DNA from: Candidatus Spongiisociaceae bacterium
GTDB taxonomy: Bacteria; Actinomycetota; Acidimicrobiia; Spongiisociales; Spongiisociaceae
Direction: 5' to 3'
Length of the DNA stretch: 64,000 nucleotides
Assembly: GCA_965219685.1 (NCBI GenBank)
Contig: CBDCOH010000002.1
Location: 2,592,001-2,656,000, forward strand
Below the pieces are notes generated by a model, which was not told where the DNA came from, ran no database searches, and saw only the letters and a list, made by a program, of their open reading frames with translations. The position numbers and the translations under genes are program-made. This document shows positions 30,907 to 41,045 of the stretch, in pieces (within the stretch, counting starts at the first letter, position 1; the number at the start of each line of letters is the position of its first letter).

Positions 30907-32208
30907 ATGAAGCTCCGTTCTTCCATCCTCCTCGGCATGATCGCCGTGTTCCTGCTCGCGCCAGGAGCCGGACTCGTGATGGCCGACGACGAGGAAACCC
31001 GCGTCGAGATAATCGAGATCAGCGGCAACCTCGACAGGGCGGCGCTCGACTTCGTCGCCAACCGGATCGATGCTGCCGCCCTGTCGGGCGCACGGGCTGC
31101 CATCATCCAGATCGACTCGAGCGCCACGTTGTCGGCTGCGGTGCATCATCTGGTTGCCCGCATAGCAGACCCTCCCCTGCCGCTCGTGGTCTGGGTCGGA
31201 CCGGAACCTGCCGTAGCCTTCGGCGGCGCCGCCCACATGCTGGCAGCGGCGCCGATCAGAGCGGCGGCTCCCGGGGTCCGGATCGGATACACGGACCCGG
31301 TCGTCGCCGGGAACCGCTCTCCGCTCGGTCCCGGGCACCCGCTTGCCGGCTACTCCAACAGCGTGGTCGAGGTGGACGGACCTATTGAGGGCCTCGTCGA
31401 CATCGTCGCTCCGTCGCTCAGCAACCTCATGGTCGAGTTGGCGGGCCGAACGGTACCGGTCCGCGGCCAGACGAGGACGCTCGACACCGTCCGGATCACG
31501 GCGGACGGGACGGTGGCAGTCCCGACCCTGTTCCACGAACCGGGCGTTGTGGTGCGACTCCTGCGGATCGCGACCGGAGCAGAGGCCGCGTTCTTCTTCA
31601 TCATGGTGGGACTCGCCGTCGTCGCCTTCGAGTTCTACGCTCTCGGACCCGGAATCGGTGCCGCCGTCGCCGCCGTCTGCCTGTTGATCGGGGGCTACGG
31701 GCTCGCGGTACTTCCTCTCCGCAGTTGGGCCGTCGCGATGGCGCTCCTCGGGATATGGTTCCTGACCGCAGACTTCCAGCGAGGCCGCAGCGGGCCTCTG
31801 ACAGCAGCCGGCGCTGTCTCGATGATGATCGGAGGCCTGTTCTTCACAGATGCCGCGCCCCAGATCCGACAATCGTGGTGGATAGTCCTCGTGATCGTGA
31901 TCTCGGTCACGGTGTTCTACATAGTGGGCATGCGCACCGTGGCCAGGGCGAGGTTCTCGACCCCGACAGTAGGGAGGGACCACCTCGTAGGCGAGGGCGG
32001 GACGGCCATCACCGACTTCGCCCCCGACGGCGTGGTCGAGGTCCGCGGCGCCCGCTGGAAGGCGTCGGCCCACCGAGAGGCCCACCTCGGTCCGGGGGAT
32101 CCGGTCGTTGTAACGGCCGTCGACGGGCCCAACCTCGAGGTAGAACCTGCCCAGCCCCCGCTCGGGCAGGTGGATCAAGCCGTTCCCACGCCGGTCCCGG
32201 AGGGTTGA
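30907..32208 (+). CDS. NfeD family membrane protein
   Basis: Signal peptide, degenerate ClpP-like domain, TMs and C-terminal OB fold (GVVEVRGARWKA). Confidence 0.82.
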   Translation: MKLRSSILLGMIAVFLLAPGAGLVMADDEETRVEIIEISGNLDRAALDFVANRIDAAALSGARAAIIQIDSSATLSAAVHHLVARIADPPLPLVVWVGPEPAVAFGGAAHMLAAAPIRAAAPGVRIGYTDPVVAGNRSPLGPGHPLAGYSNSVVEVDGPIEGLVDIVAPSLSNLMVELAGRTVPVRGQTRTLDTVRITADGTVAVPTLFHEPGVVVRLLRIATGAEAAFFFIMVGLAVVAFEFYALGPGIGAAVAAVCLLIGGYGLAVLPLRSWAVAMALLGIWFLTADFQRGRSGPLTAAGAVSMMIGGLFFTDAAPQIRQSWWIVLVIVISVTVFYIVGMRTVARARFSTPTVGRDHLVGEGGTAITDFAPDGVVEVRGARWKASAHREAHLGPGDPVVVTAVDGPNLEVEPAQPPLGQVDQAVPTPVPEG

Positions 32209-32336
32209 TCCCTTCCCGACCGGATCGAGTTGCCGAAAAAACCTCTCCCGGGCTCTCATATACCTCTTCCGGGATCAGGTTCTCGGTGGTAGGTTCACCT
32301 GAAGACAACTTAGGCGGAGTAGGGAGGCGGTCCACC

Positions 32337-32582
32337 GTGGACTATGACGACTCGTGGCATTTGCACGCTCGGTGCCGGAACAACTACTCGCACCTCTTCT
32401 TTCCCCCCAGCACCTTCGAACGGAAGGATGACCGGGAGAGGAGGGAGACCAGAGCCCGAGCAGTCTGCGGAGCGTGTTCGGTGAGGACGGAATGCCTCGA
32501 TTACGCCCTGCGGATAAGGGAACCGTATGGCATCTGGGGAGGCCACACGGAGTCCGAGCGACGGGAGCTACTGGCCGTCTGA
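32337..32582 (+). CDS. whiB: WhiB family transcriptional regulator
   Basis: W...ARC...LFFP...AVCGACSVRTECLDYAL...GIWGG; four Cys. Confidence 0.92.
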   Translation: MDYDDSWHLHARCRNNYSHLFFPPSTFERKDDRERRETRARAVCGACSVRTECLDYALRIREPYGIWGGHTESERRELLAV

Positions 32583-32587
32583 GCCGA

Positions 32588-34420
32588 TCAGGACACGGAA
32601 GAGACGATACCGCCCGACCTCGGGTCCATGAGCGCCCTATTGCTGATCGACCGCTCATCACCGAGGCGCACCGTCGCCCCGTATCGATCCATCCACTCCA
32701 GAAGCGGGACCGCGTACTTACGGGTGAGCCCCGTGGCGTCGCGGAACACCGCCACTGTGAAGCGGCCAGGAAGGTCCACTAGCCGTCGCATCAGTTCCTC
32801 CACCTGCTCGGGTAGGTAGACCAGGTCATCGGAGATCCGCACCAACCGACCCTCCCGGAGCAGTGCGTGGAGCAGTTCGGGATGGATCTCCAGTTCCTTC
32901 AGCCGGGGCACGGTCGGCCCTGTTGCCTCCAAGGCGTCCCGGATCCGTGTCCACTCGACCTCGTCCGCCTCGCTCAAGGTCGCTTCGAACCCCTCCACCG
33001 CTACTGCGGAGCCGCGCTGGCGCAAGCCACCGGCGAGTCCGAGCACGGCGGCCAGGCATTCGACATCAACGCCGAGCCAGCTGGCCAGGCTCGCCTTGGG
33101 TATCCCCGGCCGGAGCGGATTGTCGGCATGGTACCGAGCGGTGATCCGGCGAGCTCGGTCGGCCAGACCGGTGGCATAGCCGGGCGCCATCATCATGCCT
33201 CCGGCCGCGACCGCCCCGCTGGGAGTACCGCCACCCGAGTGGGCCTCGAGCACACCCGGTCCCTCTCTTCCCCGCCACTCCAGGAGGGCGGTTGCCCGGT
33301 GGTCCGCGTCCCGGTCCAAGGCCGGACGAAGCAGCCCCGCAGCCCGGCGGGCATCCCGTCCCTTCCGGGGCGCCACCGGTTCCACGACTCGCCCTCCGGC
33401 CACAATCAAACGGCGTCCGACATCCCGCAGCACGAACCTGTCACCCATCCGGACCGGTACCGACTCCTCCGTACGGAGGACCGCAACCGCCTCACCCCCG
33501 AGCATCCCGACATTGACCAGTCGAACCGGCCAGGCACCGCTTCCCAGATGCAACTGGTAGGCCCCCCGGCGGGATAGAGGCCGCTGCACGTAGCGGGCCA
33601 GCCGGATGGTCACCAGGAAGCGGTCACTCGGAATCCAGGCGCCGGGCAATCCAAGCATCGACCCGCGCGCGACCTTCCCCCTGTCCAGCCCTGCTACCCC
33701 GGCTGCAGCCCTGGTCCGGGCCGGGATGGCGGCGTGCTCCCTTTCATGCGCCTGGAGGGAACGGACCCGCCCGGACAGACCACCGGGCCACACCTCGACC
33801 CGGTCACCCACCGAGAGGGAACCACCGACCAGCGTGCCGGTCACCACCGTCCCGGCACCCGAGACGGGGAAGACGCGATCAATCCACAGCCGGGTCCGTC
33901 CCGACGGCTCCCCGAGAGCTTCGGCCAGCACCCTCGACAGAACCTCCCGAAGTTCGCCCATTCCTTCACCGGTCAACGCAGAGACGGGAACGATGGGGGC
34001 AGCCTCGAGAGTGGTACCGGCCAACATCTCCTCGGTCTCCAGCGTGGCCAACTCGACGAGATCCGAGTCTGCTCTGTCCACCTTCGTTATGGCCACCAGA
34101 CCGCGGCGGATCTCGAGCAGATCGAGTACTGCCAGGTGCTCCTCCGACTGGGGCATCCACCCCTCGTCGGCGGCCACCACCATGAGCGCGACATCGAACC
34201 CGCCGGTGCCGGCCAACATGTTCTTGATGAACCGCTCGTGGCCCGGCACGTCCACGAAGGACACCTCCCGCCCGCCGAGGTCGGTCCAGGCGAAACCGAG
34301 ATCGATGGTGAGACCGCGCTCCTTCTCCTCCGCCCACCGGTCCGGATCTCGACCGGTGAGGGCATGGACAAGAGTCGACTTACCGTGATCGACGTGACCG
34401 CCGGTACCTACGACCGGCAT
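32588..34420 (-). CDS. selB: Selenocysteine-specific elongation factor
   Basis: GHVDHGKS, DVPGHERF and C-terminal winged helix TRKYAVPLLE. Confidence 0.95.
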   Translation of the reverse strand: MPVVGTGGHVDHGKSTLVHALTGRDPDRWAEEKERGLTIDLGFAWTDLGGREVSFVDVPGHERFIKNMLAGTGGFDVALMVVAADEGWMPQSEEHLAVLDLLEIRRGLVAITKVDRADSDLVELATLETEEMLAGTTLEAAPIVPVSALTGEGMGELREVLSRVLAEALGEPSGRTRLWIDRVFPVSGAGTVVTGTLVGGSLSVGDRVEVWPGGLSGRVRSLQAHEREHAAIPARTRAAAGVAGLDRGKVARGSMLGLPGAWIPSDRFLVTIRLARYVQRPLSRRGAYQLHLGSGAWPVRLVNVGMLGGEAVAVLRTEESVPVRMGDRFVLRDVGRRLIVAGGRVVEPVAPRKGRDARRAAGLLRPALDRDADHRATALLEWRGREGPGVLEAHSGGGTPSGAVAAGGMMMAPGYATGLADRARRITARYHADNPLRPGIPKASLASWLGVDVECLAAVLGLAGGLRQRGSAVAVEGFEATLSEADEVEWTRIRDALEATGPTVPRLKELEIHPELLHALLREGRLVRISDDLVYLPEQVEELMRRLVDLPGRFTVAVFRDATGLTRKYAVPLLEWMDRYGATVRLGDERSISNRALMDPRSGGIVSSVS

Positions 34421-35763
34421 GCGGCCCGTAGCGAGTCTGCCAGTTGCGCGTCCTCTTCCTCGCCGGTGGCCCTCACATCGATCAACAGATCACCGGCGGA
34501 ACGGCGCGCTACCACCGGCGGGTCGGTCTCGAGCAGGCGCGGCCACAGCTCCTCGCCACGCTCCTCGACAACCAGCACCGGAGAGGGCACCGTCATACCC
34601 GGGACTGATCCCGCCCCTATCATCCCCTCCGACGACCGGATCGTCGGGGGTACCCCGGTCGCGGCGGCGATCGACTCGAGCCGGGCCTCCAGTTCCTCGA
34701 CCGTACGACTCACCGTGTCCCAGAAAGGAATCTCGCCACCCCTGCCCTCTGCGTACAGCTCAGCCGTACGACCGAGCGCCGCGATCGTCGGCCCGTCGAT
34801 GCGAACGGCCCTGGCCACCGGGCTGGCCTTTAAACGAGCAACCAGATCCGACCTTCCGACGATCACTCCCGCCTGGCAGCCACCGAACAGCTTGTCGCCC
34901 GAGAACGTGACCAGGTCTGCGCCCTGGGAGATGACTTGGCGCACTCCTGGCTCGTCACCGATCCACGGGGGCGGGGGTCCGGCGATCCAGGGAACACCGG
35001 AGTCGAGGAGGCCGCTGCCGACGTCGTACACCACCGGCAAGTCCCTCCGTCCCCCCAGGTCGACCAGATCGCGGAGGCACGCCTCCTCCGCAAACCCCAT
35101 CACCCGGTAGTTCGAGGGATGCACTTTGAGCAACAGCCGCGTGTCACCATCGAGCCCCGCTTCGTAATCGGCGATCCGCGTACGGTTGGTGGTGCCTACT
35201 TCAACCAGGCGGGCACCGGATGAAGCCATCAGATCCGGCAGGCGGTACGAGCCTCCGATCTCGATCAGTTCGCCGCGCGATACCGGCACCGAGCCTCCGG
35301 ACGCGAGAGTATGAAGAACCAGGAAGAGGGCAGCGGCATTGTTGTTGACAACAAGCGCCGCCTCAGCCCCTGAAAGCCGGCTGAGCAATCCGGACAGGTA
35401 GGCCCCCCTCGATCCCCTGCGCCCTTCGGACAGGTCGAACTCGAGGTTTGCGTAGCCCAGCGAGGCCCGCCGGGCCGCCGATGCCGCCTCGGGATGCAGT
35501 AGCGCCCTGCCCAGATTGGTGTGGAGTACCACGCCGGTGGCATTGATCACTCGCTGTAGGCGGGTCTTGGCGAAGCGCTGGGCGTCACGTCGAGCCATCG
35601 CTGCCGGATCCAGGTACATGCCTTGCAGCGCGGCGGACCGCGCCTGATCGATGCTACGGCGAGCCGCCTCCACCGCAAGCAACGCCGGGATGCCCTCTTC
35701 CACCTCGGCCAATAGTTGTCCCGCCAGGGCGTCGACGGAGGGCAGGCGCCGCAGGTAGTCCAT
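34408..35763 (-). CDS. selA: L-seryl-tRNA(Sec) selenium transferase
   Basis: VINATGVVLHTNLGRA, VNNNAAA, EIGGSYR, EVGTTNRT and FSGDKL. Confidence 0.96.
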   Translation of the reverse strand: MDYLRRLPSVDALAGQLLAEVEEGIPALLAVEAARRSIDQARSAALQGMYLDPAAMARRDAQRFAKTRLQRVINATGVVLHTNLGRALLHPEAASAARRASLGYANLEFDLSEGRRGSRGAYLSGLLSRLSGAEAALVVNNNAAALFLVLHTLASGGSVPVSRGELIEIGGSYRLPDLMASSGARLVEVGTTNRTRIADYEAGLDGDTRLLLKVHPSNYRVMGFAEEACLRDLVDLGGRRDLPVVYDVGSGLLDSGVPWIAGPPPPWIGDEPGVRQVISQGADLVTFSGDKLFGGCQAGVIVGRSDLVARLKASPVARAVRIDGPTIAALGRTAELYAEGRGGEIPFWDTVSRTVEELEARLESIAAATGVPPTIRSSEGMIGAGSVPGMTVPSPVLVVEERGEELWPRLLETDPPVVARRSAGDLLIDVRATGEEEDAQLADSLRAACRS

Positions 35764-35797
35764 CGGATAATGATACCGGCGGGATAAGCTGACCCCG

Positions 35798-36172
35798 ATG
35801 GGTGTCTATCTGGGTGCTCTGTTCCTCGCGGTCCCGATCCTCGAGTTGTTGCTCTTCGTCTACGTCGAGGAGCGGATCGGGCTCGGTAGGTTGTTACTGG
35901 GGATAGTGCTCACCGCGGTTCTCGGTGCGTTCCTGGTCAGGCAGCAGGGATTCGTCGTCTGGCTCCGCCTGAGGGAGGACCTCGTGGTCGGCCGCTTGCC
36001 CGGAACGCAGTTGGTACACGGAGCACTTGTACTGGTGGGCGGGGCGCTCCTGCTCACGCCGGGCTTCCTCACCGATGCCGTGGGCTTCGCCCTCATGGTC
36101 CCCCTGGTGCGGGAGGGGGTGCGCCGGGTGGGAGTTCGCCTCTTCCGGGGCAAGACCATAATCATCGAGTGA
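35798..36172 (+). CDS. fxsA: FxsA family membrane protein
   Basis: VPILEL and LLLTPGFLTD. Confidence 0.88.
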   Translation: MGVYLGALFLAVPILELLLFVYVEERIGLGRLLLGIVLTAVLGAFLVRQQGFVVWLRLREDLVVGRLPGTQLVHGALVLVGGALLLTPGFLTDAVGFALMVPLVREGVRRVGVRLFRGKTIIIE

Positions 36173-36300
36173 CCGACACTCGATGAGGACCGAGGCAGCG
36201 CCGGACACGGGTCCCACCGGGGAAGCCCCCGACCGCGGCCCAGCAGATCGGTCGTACGCCCTGCCACCAATCCATGTCCGGAGTCCGGGATCGGCCGCCG

Positions 36301-37143
36301 ATGGAAGTTGAGGTCGTGGGAAGCGCGAATCCGGCGACCACCGTACTGCGACTCCTGGCTCCGAACCCCGGGCTTCTGACCGGGCCGGGGACCAATACCT
36401 ACCTGATCGTCTCGGAGGACGAGTGCGCGGTTCTCGATCCCGGACCGGTGATCGACTCTCACCTCGCCGCCATCCTCGATGCTCTGTCGGACCTCCAACC
36501 CCGGGCCGTCATCGTGACTCACACCCACTCAGACCACTCCCCGCTCGCCAATCCGCTTGCCGCGCAGTTGGGGATACGGTCCTACGGCTATGCGGGGGGA
36601 CCGGACTTCGATCCCGACCGTATCCTGCGTGATGGCGACCGCCTACGCCTGGGCCGCGCAACCCTCGAGGTCATCCACACCCCAGGGCACTCGAGTGACC
36701 ACCTATGCTTCCTGGTCGGCGACACGCTGCTAAGTGGGGATCACATCATGGGGGGGTCCACCGTCGTCGTCGAGGATATGAGCGACTACCTCCGGTCGCT
36801 ACGACGGGTGGGAACGCTGCGCCCGGCAAGGCTGCTGCCCGGTCACGGCCACGAGATCGAGAATCCCGCCGAGGTGGTCGCCGCGTACCTGGATCATCGA
36901 ATGGCCAGAGAGGGCCAGATCGTCGCCGCGATACGGGATGGCGCTCCAACGGTGGGCGCGGTGGTCGAGGCGGTGTACAGCCAGGTGGATCGCCGCCTGC
37001 ATCCCGCCGCGGCGGTCTCGGTGCTGGCCCATTTGAGGAAGCTGACCGCCGACGGCATTGCGGACCTCGCGCCACACGGGCGAGGGGCCGCCGAGTCCTC
37101 GATCTGGAGTCGTCGTGTTAGTTGTCGGGAGTCTCGCCCATGA
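36301..37143 (+). CDS. MBL-fold metallo-hydrolase with C-terminal winged helix
   Basis: APNPG..TGPGTNTY, THTHSDH, TPGH, SGDH and PGHG; start may be 36274. Confidence 0.9.
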   Translation: MEVEVVGSANPATTVLRLLAPNPGLLTGPGTNTYLIVSEDECAVLDPGPVIDSHLAAILDALSDLQPRAVIVTHTHSDHSPLANPLAAQLGIRSYGYAGGPDFDPDRILRDGDRLRLGRATLEVIHTPGHSSDHLCFLVGDTLLSGDHIMGGSTVVVEDMSDYLRSLRRVGTLRPARLLPGHGHEIENPAEVVAAYLDHRMAREGQIVAAIRDGAPTVGAVVEAVYSQVDRRLHPAAAVSVLAHLRKLTADGIADLAPHGRGAAESSIWSRRVSCRESRP

Positions 37144-38486
37144 GGTGGCGACCGGCCACGCTCGGACTGATGGTCGTGATGCTGTCCTGGATTCCCGCTG
37201 TGGCCCAAGTCGAGGACGAGGGGTTGCGGCGGGCGCGGGCCGAACTGGAGCAGCTGCAGGAAGAGGCGCGGGAACTGACGGAGGAGTACCAGGACGCTTG
37301 GGCGGCCGACGCCGAACTCCAGGTCCGGATCGAACAGCTTCAGTCCACGATCGCGGGTCTCGGTGTCGATGTACGGAGGCTTCAGGAGCAGATTCGCGAG
37401 CGCGCCGTCGAACTCTACATGGACAACGCAGCGGCTACCGGCCTGGGGTCCTTGCTCTTTTCGGCCTCGCCAACCGATCTCGAAACCCGGTCGGAGTATC
37501 TGCACGACATACGCCAGAGGGACCAGGCGATGCTCAACGGTCTCGAAGTCCTGACCGGCCAACTCGAAGCCGCAACCGACGAACTGCGACGGGACAAGGA
37601 GGAGCAGGAATCGGTTCTGGCCCGGTTGGAGGAACTGGCGATCGACCTGAACAAGCGGTTGGAGGAGGGGCAATCCGCCTATCTGGTCCTGCAGCGGGAG
37701 GAGCAGGCCCGGCGCGAGGCGGAACGGATAGCCGAACTCGAAGCGGCCAGCGCCGCAACCAGCACGAGTCCGACGACCCAACCGACCACCGCCGAACCGG
37801 TCACAACCACCACCGAGACAACCACCACCGAGACAACCACCACCGAGACAACCACCACGACCGGTTCCCCCGGCACCACCACCGACACGCCCACCACAAC
37901 AACCGCCGAACCGCCCACCACAACCACCACCGAACCACCCACCACAACCACCACGGAGCCACCCACCACCACGACCACGAGCCCGATCGTTGTCACCGAC
38001 ACGACCCTGGCTTCACCCGGTGGAGGCACCGGGAGTAGCGGACAGGGGGAGGGGACCAGCGCCCCGGAGGGCACGATGACCTGCCCCGTGGACGGCTTCA
38101 GCACGTTCAGCGACACCTGGGGAGCACCCAGGTCCGGCGGGCGACGGCATCAAGGTGTCGACTTCCTGGCCGCCCGTGGTACACCCGTCGTCGCGGTTGA
38201 GGACGGCACGGTAGAGAGGATGCAGAACGGTGGTTTGGGAGGTATCACGGTCTGGCTGCGCGGCAGCGGCGGCGATGCCTACTACTACGCCCACTTGGAC
38301 GCTTGGGCCCCGGGTCTCTCTGTCGGCCAGGGAGTCTCAGCGGGAGAGCCGCTCGGAATCGTCGGCACGACCGGCAACGCGCCGGCTCACATACCCCACC
38401 TGCACTGGGAATTCCACCCCGGTGGCTACGTACCCGGAGGCAGCAGCGCGGTCAACCCCACACCCCTTGCCAGCGAGCTTTGCTAG
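37140..38486 (+). CDS. Secreted coiled-coil M23 peptidase (murein hydrolase/activator)
   Basis: Signal peptide, coiled coil, Thr-rich linker, HQGVD, YAHL and HLH. Confidence 0.88.
   Translation: MRWRPATLGLMVVMLSWIPAVAQVEDEGLRRARAELEQLQEEARELTEEYQDAWAADAELQVRIEQLQSTIAGLGVDVRRLQEQIRERAVELYMDNAAATGLGSLLFSASPTDLETRSEYLHDIRQRDQAMLNGLEVLTGQLEAATDELRRDKEEQESVLARLEELAIDLNKRLEEGQSAYLVLQREEQARREAERIAELEAASAATSTSPTTQPTTAEPVTTTTETTTTETTTTETTTTTGSPGTTTDTPTTTTAEPPTTTTTEPPTTTTTEPPTTTTTSPIVVTDTTLASPGGGTGSSGQGEGTSAPEGTMTCPVDGFSTFSDTWGAPRSGGRRHQGVDFLAARGTPVVAVEDGTVERMQNGGLGGITVWLRGSGGDAYYYAHLDAWAPGLSVGQGVSAGEPLGIVGTTGNAPAHIPHLHWEFHPGGYVPGGSSAVNPTPLASELC
37785..37980 (+). repeat. Thr-rich coding repeats (ETTTT and EPPTTTT(T) units)
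   Basis: 15-bp ACCGAGACAACCACC repeats plus longer ACC-rich units inside the M23 gene. Confidence 0.8.
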
Positions 38487-38534
38487 TTGCTAATTGTTAG
38501 TTAACAAATAGTAATCGGTGGTTAGCGTTAGATC
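38484..38534 (+). repeat. Short heptamer element starting at the M23 gene stop codon
   Basis: TAGTTGC TAATTGT TAGTTAA CAAATAG TAATCGG TGGTTAG CGTTAGATC; AT-rich within a GC-rich genome. Confidence 0.65.
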
Positions 38535-38541
38535 GAGTATG

Positions 38542-39726
38542 TCAGGAGCCCGAGGTGAGTGGACGCAGGGCACCGACTTCCAATTCATCCACTTCGAGGC
38601 CCGCGAACAGGCGGGCGATCCTCCCGGTGCAGGTCTCGGACTCGGCGGGAGGAACCAGTTCCACCAACCGCTCGGCCACCGCCATAAAGGAGCTTGAGGA
38701 GCGCAGTCCCGGATTGGCTACGACAACCGGCTCTCCGGAATCGGCTCCCTGGCCGAGGGCCGGATCCAGCGGGATGCTGCCCAGCAACGGGATGCCCAGG
38801 GAATCGGCTAGCTCTCGCCCGCCACCCCGGCCGAACAGCTCGAAGCGATGGCCGTCCGGAGTTTCGAAGTAGGACATGTTCTCGATCACCCCGACGACGG
38901 GCATAGCGGATCGTCGGGCCATATCGGCCACCCGGATCGCCACCTTCTGAGCATTCTTGGCCGGGGTGGTCACGACCAGCATCTCCGCCTGGGGGAGCAA
39001 TCGGGACAGGGCCATCTGGATGTCACCCGTTCCCGGAGGCATGTCGATCACCAGGTAGTCGAGTTCGCCCCACTCCACCTGCTGGAGAAACTGATCGAGA
39101 GCCTTGGACAGCATCAGTCCACGCCACATGAGGGCGGTCTCCTCGGAGTCGACAATAAGCCCGGTGGATACCACGCGGATCCCGTGAGCGTCCACCGGCT
39201 GCATGAGCCTCGTCTCGGGGTCGGCTTCGATACGAGCCACCGTGCCGAGCATCCTCGGAATCGAGAAACCCCAAATGTCGGCATCGAGAAGCCCCACTCT
39301 GTAGCCGAGACGGGATAGGGCCAGTGCAAGGTTGACCGATACCGAACTCTTCCCGACACCGCCCTTCCCGCTTCCAACGGCGATCGCTCTCGTCGTCGCG
39401 CGTACCTGGGTAGGGGTGGCGTTCTCCCTCACCCGTCGGCGCGCCACGTCCATCAACCCGGCTCGCTGAGCCTTGGTCATCGCCCTGGTCTCCACGATCA
39501 CGTCGTCCACATCCGGGATCGCAGTGATCTTGCGCACCGTGTCGTTCTCTATCTGGGATCGCATGGGACACTCGGCGATCGTGAGAGCCAGCCCAACGGT
39601 CACCACACCCCCGTCGATCGTGATTTCTCGCACCATGCCGAGGTCGACGACATCGGACCCCAGCTCGGGGTCGAAAACACCCCGCAGGGCGTCAACTATG
39701 CGTTCTCTCGTCAGCGGATCGGGCAT
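38542..39726 (-). CDS. mrp: Mrp/NBP35 (ApbC) Fe-S carrier ATPase
   Basis: N-terminal DUF59 (DPELG...CPM), GKGGVGKS, DADIWG, DMPPGTGD and ENMS. Confidence 0.93.
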   Translation of the reverse strand: MPDPLTRERIVDALRGVFDPELGSDVVDLGMVREITIDGGVVTVGLALTIAECPMRSQIENDTVRKITAIPDVDDVIVETRAMTKAQRAGLMDVARRRVRENATPTQVRATTRAIAVGSGKGGVGKSSVSVNLALALSRLGYRVGLLDADIWGFSIPRMLGTVARIEADPETRLMQPVDAHGIRVVSTGLIVDSEETALMWRGLMLSKALDQFLQQVEWGELDYLVIDMPPGTGDIQMALSRLLPQAEMLVVTTPAKNAQKVAIRVADMARRSAMPVVGVIENMSYFETPDGHRFELFGRGGGRELADSLGIPLLGSIPLDPALGQGADSGEPVVVANPGLRSSSSFMAVAERLVELVPPAESETCTGRIARLFAGLEVDELEVGALRPLTSGS

Positions 39727-40006
39727 GGCCCCAAGGTAACCGCTGGAACGGGGTGCTGGAATGGAAATCTAGGGCTTCCTCGAGTGGAGGACGTGTTGCG
39801 GAGGGGGCGGGATCGTGAGCGAACCACTCTGCACGGGCTCGTTCAGCGCCGTCCTTGAGGCGACGTATCGTCCCTGGGCGGCCATCGAGATCCGCGGTTC
39901 CGCGGGTTCCTCCCTTCGCCCAACCCGGGAGGGGGCGTGAGTCCTGTCCTCCGTTATAATCGGGTTGCAGGTCGAGCAGCCCCACGGCCGAACGGAGAAC
40001 TCTGAG

Positions 40007-40369
40007 ATGGAACAGCTCGTCAGGATCAGCAGAAGAAAGACTCCCCGGGCGGTAACACTGACCCCCGGAGCGGTTACGAAGGTCCGCCAGTTGCTCGTCG
40101 CCGAGGACGACGCTTCGCTGGCCCTCCGCATGGCGGTACGGCCGGGAGGTTGCTCCGGTTTCTCCTACGAGATGTACTTCGACTCCGAGATAGATGCCAG
40201 AGACACCGTAGAGAGATTCGACGGTGTTCAGGTCGTCGTCGACAACCAGAGTGTCGAGCTTCTCCGCGGATCGGTTCTCGACTACCACGACGGGTTGATG
40301 GACGCCGGGTTCGCCATCAACAACCCCAACGTCAGCAGATCCTGCGGCTGCGGCAATAGCTTTAGCTAG
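40007..40369 (+). CDS. HesB/IscA/ErpA family Fe-S insertion protein
   Basis: GGCSGFSY and NNPNVSRSCGCGNSF. Confidence 0.93.
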   Translation: MEQLVRISRRKTPRAVTLTPGAVTKVRQLLVAEDDASLALRMAVRPGGCSGFSYEMYFDSEIDARDTVERFDGVQVVVDNQSVELLRGSVLDYHDGLMDAGFAINNPNVSRSCGCGNSFS

Positions 40370-40459
40370 TGAATAGTGAATAGTGAATAGTGAATAGTGA
40401 ATAGTGAATGGTATCGCATCGTTACTGCTGCTGATATACACTCACCACTCACCACTCAC
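40367..40459 (+). repeat. Heptamer element: (TAGTGAA)x6, spacer, (CACTCAC)x3
   Basis: The first TAG is the stop of the Fe-S insertion gene; the right arm is near-complementary to the left arm. Confidence 0.9.
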
Positions 40460-40475
40460 CAACCCTGGAGACGAC

Positions 40476-40877
40476 ATGGGCAAGCGAATCCTCGACACTC
40501 CCAGCGCCCCGCCGGCGCTCGGCCCCTACTCGGTGGCGGTCGCGGGTGGCGGGCTGGTGTTCTTCTCGGGGCAGGTTGCTCTCAAACCGGAGGGCGGGAG
40601 GAGCGACGGAGAGATCGGCGAGCAGACGCGACAGGTCATGGACAACATCGGTGCGATGCTGACCGACGTCGGCTTGGACTACGGCGACATCGTCAAGTCG
40701 ACGATCTTCATGACCGACATCGGCGACTACCCGGAGATCAATCGGGTCTACGCGGGCTACTTCGACGGCGAACCTCCGGCCCGTTCCGCAATCCAGGCTG
40801 CGGCACTCCCAGGTGGCTTCGGAGTAGAGATCGAGATCGTCGCATCCGGCAACGCACCTCCGCCGGTGGATTCGTAG
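40476..40877 (+). CDS. ridA: RidA/YjgF family deaminase
   Basis: APPALGPYS, SGQV, PARS and VEIE. Confidence 0.9.
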   Translation: MGKRILDTPSAPPALGPYSVAVAGGGLVFFSGQVALKPEGGRSDGEIGEQTRQVMDNIGAMLTDVGLDYGDIVKSTIFMTDIGDYPEINRVYAGYFDGEPPARSAIQAAALPGGFGVEIEIVASGNAPPPVDS

Positions 40878-41045
40878 GAGAGCCCTCCGCGCCCGGATCC
40901 GGACAGTTCTGAGAACGATTACTATCCGTGGCCACCGCCTAGCGGGTATGATCGCGCGAGTTTGGGACACTGCCATCGCGGTGCAACCCGCCGGGTCGGT
41001 AGCAGGTCACTACAACGGAACCCACCCCACCAGGAGGAGCACTGA

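Noticed and set aside
37785-37980. ACC-rich repeats as a non-coding repeat element
   Set aside because: They encode an ordinary Thr/Pro linker in the M23 peptidase.
38484-38534. GTTAGAT as an integron attC core site (also near 19314)
   Set aside because: There is no matching RYYYAAC inverse core with attC-like dyad, no integrase and no cassette array, and the 58868 junction lacks the GTT on that strand.
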